Origin: Bilabrum cf. latius | Lineage: Eukaryota | DNA: 64,000 nucleotides | Direction: 5' to 3' | NCBI GenBank assembly: GCA_965178125.1 | Contig: OZ237765.1 | Location: 186,001-250,000 of the forward strand | Shown: positions 61,971 to 64,000 of the stretch, piece by piece | Position numbering within the stretch: the stretch's first letter is position 1 | Layout of the letters: every line of letters begins with the position of its first letter | Notes under the pieces: model-generated | Database searches by the model: none | The model's input: only the letters and a program-made list of their open reading frames with translations | Told to the model about the DNA's origin: nothing | Made by a program: the position numbers and the translations under genes

Positions 61971-64000
61971 TCACATCTGTCCATGCCCGTACATGGCGTT
62001 GTCCTGCACCTGCATCGACTGCACCGGCACGTGTCCCCCAGGGCCGTGCATGCCAAGCCCCCCCGCCCCTCCACCGTAGGCTCCGCCCGGCATCGAGCCG
62101 TTCCCGCCTCCACCGTAGTACTGATCGCCAGCCGCACCCGGCATTCCCATCCCGTCCACCGGCCCCGCGCTCGCCATGGGCACACTCCCGGCCTGAGGGA
62201 AAGACGACTGGTGCGTGTGGGGGTTGGCCATGTCTCCGTTCACGTCCTGCAACAAAAGGGTCAATGAAATGGCGCGACATGTACAGGGATGCAAAGCGGC
62301 ACCAACGCGCGAGACATGACAGACAGACAGGCGGGTGCACGGCACTAGGGTGCGCCTCCTATCGGCGTACTGCAGCACAGTGCAGTACGCACGATCTACG
62401 CGCAGCAGAGGGGAGCTGGCCAGGCGGCCCTCCGGCAGGGGGAGGTGGGGGGAGGCGGGGCATCCGTGGGGCCTCACTCGTCACACGCAACACCACCCAG
62501 CTGCATTGGCCACGTCACTGAGCGGGCGCCACCTGGGATGCCCTGACGGCCTGTGCCGAGCTGTCTTGCTCCGTACCGTACACCGCGTCCGATGAAGGCG
62601 TGTTACCGTACTCCGCTTCACCGGCCTGGGCGAACTCCCCTCCTGCCCCTGCCGTGGCCATGTCATTGCCATCATCGTAAAGATCACCCGTTCCACTCAC
62701 CGGAGGCGCGGCCGAATACCCGTTGGTGTCGACGTTGAAGTCCTGGTCCAGCGCTGCATCGATGTCCTTGCCAGAGGCAGGGGCACTGGGCTGTCCATCC
62801 ATGTCAGAAGGGACCTGCGAGATTCAAAAAAGGGAGAGGGGGCAGGAGGAAGAGGAAGAAGGGTATGGAATGCAGCAATAGCAATAGCAGCAGCAGCAGC
62901 AATAGCATTAGCCATGCAAGGCAAGGTAAGGCAAGCACACGCACGAGAGAAGGCGTCTCAGCGAGAGGCAACACAATGCAGTTGTTGAAGCTCACCACGC
63001 TCGCCTAGGGATCGGGTCCGCTGGTACCACCACCACCACCACCTCCCCCGCAGCACCCCTTGTTGCTCTCGTACTCGAGGTACTTCTCGTTGTCGGCGCG
63101 CTGCAGATAGTAGGGACCCCACAGCTCGTTGGGGAACCGCTTGTACCCCAGCACCATGGAGGGCCACCCGCACACGCACACGGCGAGGCCGATCATGTAC
63201 CACGATGCAACCATCCAATACACCCCGTTCATGAGTTCGCCGCAGAAGCCGTCCAGCAGGGGCTGCACCACCTCGTCTGCCAGCTTCTGGCAGCCCAAAT
63301 CCTCGGGAAGGTCGTCGTTCAAAAGCGGCAGCACCGCTGCCGTCATGTTGTCGAAGGTACCCCGGAGAAGCCTCGCTGCGGCGGGGCCGATGGTGTCCGT
63401 GTCGTTGAGGAAATCGTCGATGAATTCGTCCATGGTCTCGTTGATCTGGCTGGAGAAGGACCTGTACACGGAGGCGATGGCATGAGCCCCCGAGCCGTCA
63501 GTGTCCACGTCACCGCACGCGCCGAAGATGCCGGCTACCATGGCAGCTGGCCTGAACCGCACCGTAGTGTCACCCTGCTCCACCTCGCACAGGCCAAAGT
63601 CGTCGGCGGTGTCGGTGACCACGGTGCCGGAGAAAACCGACTCGCACAGCTGGGGCGCCGATCCAGCGGCGTACTATACGGCGACCGCGGGCATGGCACG
63701 GCACACGTCACTGCCCACCATGACCTGGGCGAAGAAAATACCAGCAAAGAAGAGGGATGGCACCATCAGCACGCACAGACACACCTGGTTGCAAGCCGTG
63801 CAGCACGCGTGCCACGAACCGCCGCACATCACCAGTGCAGGGATCAAAGCCATCACCGCGGCGAGCAGGGGGAAGGCATAGAGCGCAAGCCACAGACCCT
63901 CATACCCCGTGCTTACGGGGACACTGCCCCCTGAGGCCGTCTCGATGCTGTCCTCAGCCGCCTCCCGGATGGTGGCCTCGATGCAAGCGTTCGTCAGGCA
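61971..64000 (-). CDS. 5'-truncated multipass membrane protein, prominin/tweety-like C-terminus
   Basis: Frame open from 64000. TM segments and CQKL…FCGELMNGVYW…LGYKRF near the end. TAG 63674 and 63005. Probable introns 62995..62815 and 62532..62247; stop TGA 61973-61971. Confidence 0.6.

Noticed and set aside
889-64000. Widespread pseudogenisation or sequencing error as the cause of internal stops
   Set aside because: Interruptions in intact genes are exclusively TAG with no frameshifts, affect conserved housekeeping genes (uL23, Mon1), and sit in Gln contexts.

Overview
Gene-dense, GC-rich nuclear DNA from a eukaryotic protist with short GT-AG introns. The HSP90 N-terminal signature [13 protein letters not shown] is consistent with a SAR/stramenopile-type organism (inference). 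The main discovery is a non-standard genetic code. Roughly 65-70 in-frame TAG codons (my manual count) interrupt otherwise intact genes, including inside conserved domains and poly-Gln tracts, so UAG appears to encode Gln. Genes end in TGA (17 of 19) or apparently TAA (2 of 19), so UAG and UAA seem decoupled (NCBI table 15-like rather than ciliate table 6). Reading TAG as Q merges the fragmented ORF track into about 19 genes: a cyclic-nucleotide-binding K+ channel, an EGF/fibrinogen-like protein, an AP2 transcription factor, a coiled-coil protein, a GH47 mannosidase, a METTL21-like methyltransferase, mitochondrial uL23, a type I membrane protein, an alpha/beta hydrolase, HSP90, GH20 hexosaminidase-ricin, a multipass membrane protein, a triple bulb-type lectin, a Crinkler-like NTPase-nuclease, two tandem EF-hand pyrophosphatases, a CAMTA-like factor, Mon1 and a truncated prominin-like gene. 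An accessory island at about 37.8-46.5 kb is bracketed by two decayed copies of a non-LTR retrotransposon endonuclease fragment. A second unexplained signal is the strong, frame- and strand-independent enrichment of short DNA motifs (CACTCGTCACAC x13, CAGGGAACA x27 or more, GGTTGCAACC x8), concentrated in large low-complexity insertions that split conserved domains. All gene models and counts were derived by hand and need computational confirmation.
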